A DNA stretch of 63,983 bases, counting the filler, from Octopus bimaculoides (Eukaryota), in assembly GCF_001194135.2 (NCBI RefSeq). It is 7 parts of 7 records of this genome, joined end to end, with 100 filler letters (N's around TTAATTAATTAA, not from the genome) between each part and the next. Parts side by side here need not be neighbours in the genome. Positions count along the whole stretch, not along the records: positions 61,366 to 63,983 come from NW_026390639.1; 6 more parts are not named here. One strand, written 5' to 3'. The notes beneath the pieces were generated by a model that was not told where the DNA came from, did no database searches, and saw nothing but the letters and a program-made list of their open reading frames with translations. The position numbers were made by a program, and so were the translations under genes. Shown here in pieces: positions 61,610-63,983 of the stretch (positions are counted from its first letter, which is position 1; every line of letters begins with the position of its first letter).

Positions 61610-61912
61610 ATAAAAGAAGGGTAGAAATACCGCTTGCCAAAGATGAAAGTGAAAGCTTAATAAACCACCAATTCTATGATAAATATACACACGAGCAATG
61701 CAATGAACACTTTAAAAAATAGATGTTCTCATGTACAGCATGAAATCAATTGATATTGGGGTGTGTAAACTATCTTCAAATTCCATTCTGAAGGTAGGCC
61801 TATTTTTTAAAGTGTTCATTGCGTTGCTCATGTGTGTATTTATCATAGAATTGGTAGTTTTTAAAGCTTTCACTTTCATATTTGGCAAGCAGTATTTTTA
61901 CCCTTCTTTTAT
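61610..61912. repeat. Inverted repeat: 113-bp arms, 77-nt spacer
   Basis: 61610-61722 vs reverse complement of 61800-61912: 9 mismatches, no indels (manual alignment). Confidence 0.9.
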
Positions 61913-62378
61913 TCAAATATTTAATATTGTACCTATTAAGGTAGAAGTCTTGCTAACCACCTCATTATTACTGTTTTTAACAGCAATAATGCTTTCACAT
62001 ATATATATATATATNNNNNNNNNNNNNNNNNNNNNNNNNNNNNNNNNNNNNNNNNNNNNNNNNNNNNNNNNNNNNNNNNNNNNNNNNNNNNNNNNNNNNN
62101 NNNNNNNNNNNNNNNNNNNNNNNNNNNNNNNNNNNNNNNNNNNNNNNNNNNNNNNNNNNNNNNNNNNNNNNNNNNNNNNNNNNNNNNNNNNNNNNNNNNN
62201 NNNNNNNNNNNNNNNNNNNNNNNNNNNNNNNNNNNNNNNNNNNNNNNNNNNNNNNNNNNNNNNNNNNNNNNNNNNNNNNNNNNNNNNNNNNNNNNNNNNN
62301 NNNNNNNNNNNNNNNNNNNNNNNNNNNNNNNNNNNNNNNNNNNNNNNNNNNNNNNNNNNNNNNNNNNNNNNNNNNNNN

Positions 62379-62419
<41 letters not shown>

Positions 62420-62427
<8 letters not shown>

Positions 62428-62630
62428 CTCTGTTTGTCCCCCCAACATCACTTGACAACCAATGATGGTGTATTTACGTCCCCGTAACTTAGCGGTTCGG
62501 CAAAAGAGACCGATAGAATAAGTACTAGGCTTACAAAGAATAAGTCCTGGGGTCGATTTGCTCGACTAAAGGCGGTGCTCCAGCATGGCCGCAGTCAAAT
62601 GACTGAAGCAAGTTAAAGAGTAAAAGAGTA
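62420..62630 (+). mobile_element. SINE family A 3' half, young
   Basis: Near-identical to the copy at 57143. Confidence 0.95.
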
Positions 62631-62664
62631 TATATAAAATCATCAGCTGCAGCTTCATCATCAT

Positions 62665-62890
62665 TTATCATCTGTTTTCCATGCAGGCATGGGTTGGATG
62701 GTTTTACAGGAACTGGTAAGGCTAAGGGCCACACTAGGTTCCATAATCTGTTTTAACTTGGTTTCTGCAGCTGGATTCCTTCCACTCCACAGAGTATAAT
62801 AGGTGCTTTTTATGTAGCATCATCACAAGTGCTTTTAAGTGACACCAGCACCAGTACTTTTTATGTGGCACCTCAGTTCTGTAGTGGTGG
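62665..62890 (-). mobile_element. RTE-tail-type retroposon fragment; related fragment near 46400-46450
   Basis: ttccatgc(a/t)ggcatgg(g/a)ttgga shared between both sites; assignment to RTE is from memory. Confidence 0.5.
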
Positions 62891-63942
62891 GTGGGTATTC
62901 TCAACTACTCACACACACACACACACACACACACAATATGTATTTTTTTACATATTGTCTCAAAGTGATAAGTGCTTTAGTTGACAGTTTATTTTATTAA
63001 TGCTTTGTACGTACCCTGAGTATTTATAAATGGCACATGACTGTTAGAATGGAGCCTGTTGGATAATAATATCAGTCATCCAGCCTTGTCCAGGTTTAGT
63101 AATATCTAGAATAAATTTGATCATATGAACTCTCCATAATTTCAATCAGTTGCTTTTGAAAGGAACTGACAATTTTCAGTTGCTCCAAGAAGATGTATGT
63201 TTGTGCTTGTGCATTTGTTTCTATGTTTATCTTCAAGCAGACACAATTTGAAAAACTAACTGTCACTATTTATTAGGGTAATAATTAGTGTCAGACTTAA
63301 AAATAAGTACAGGAGCCAACATGAACAACACATGAAGGTAATGCCAACATTATGTGTGTGTAATTGTGTGTGTGAGTATGTGTACATGTATGCATATATG
63401 TATGTGTGTGTAAGCATGTGTGTGCATGTCTGTGTAATTGTGTGTACATTTTGTCGTGTATATGGCATATCTGAATAGCTAAAAAGTTTGCTTTGTATCT
63501 TGTGGTATCTTGGTCCAGTGTTATCTAACATAGTTTTGGTCAAGCTAAAACGTGTGTGAAATTGAATGGATGGAAACTGTATGGAAGCCTGTCAGATAGA
63601 TTCTGCCTAATTGAAAGATTCAATCTTCTCACTCTGTATCACACTGATTCTGCTTAAGGAATAAATAATGGTATACTTAGCCACTTACTAATTTAACAAT
63701 CAGGTAACCCAGTTTTGATTGACCAACTGAATGTTCATAACTGAAAAATGACATACATTGTTTTGTACACACACACACACATGCATGTGTTATTCTGTGA
63801 AACCAGATTACCTGCTCATTGAACAAGCACATAAGTGGTGTGTACAACATGAACATGTTCACTGTTAATGTAATTCTTAGGTTGGACAAGTGCCATACAT
63901 GAAACTCTCTGTCTTTGAGTCACTTTTGTAACTCAACAGACA

Positions 63943-63983
<41 letters not shown>

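Overview
AT-rich, repeat-dominated animal genomic DNA with many N gaps. The SINE, Penelope and microsatellite families look like an Octopus genome; this is inferred from recognising the repeats, not from a search. I cannot recognise any intact host protein-coding gene, rRNA, real tRNA or CRISPR array. Nearly all long ORFs in the track are artefacts of N runs or (CA/TA)n tracts. Supported content: (i) several tRNA-derived SINE families, often in tandem or inverted pairs; (ii) Penelope-like retroelements (PLEs) with minimal hammerhead ribozyme (HHR) motifs, namely one TSD-bounded copy (54141-55080) that also carries a tRNA-like Pol III head upstream of its HHR, and one 566-bp palindrome built from two PLE tails (19020-19585); (iii) DNA transposons: a full-length decayed mariner, a Tigger/pogo remnant with an apparent inversion, a Merlin transposase remnant, a Merlin-like TIR element, a hAT MITE and two Helitron pieces; (iv) the 5' end of a LINE; (v) a CpG-rich promoter-like island near 28.2-28.5 kb, followed by a CCAAT-HSE-TATA heat-shock-type promoter at 28.9 kb with no recognisable HSP ORF downstream; (vi) long fold-back structures that could be dsRNA/ADAR substrates. 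SINE boundaries are approximate to about 10-20 bp.
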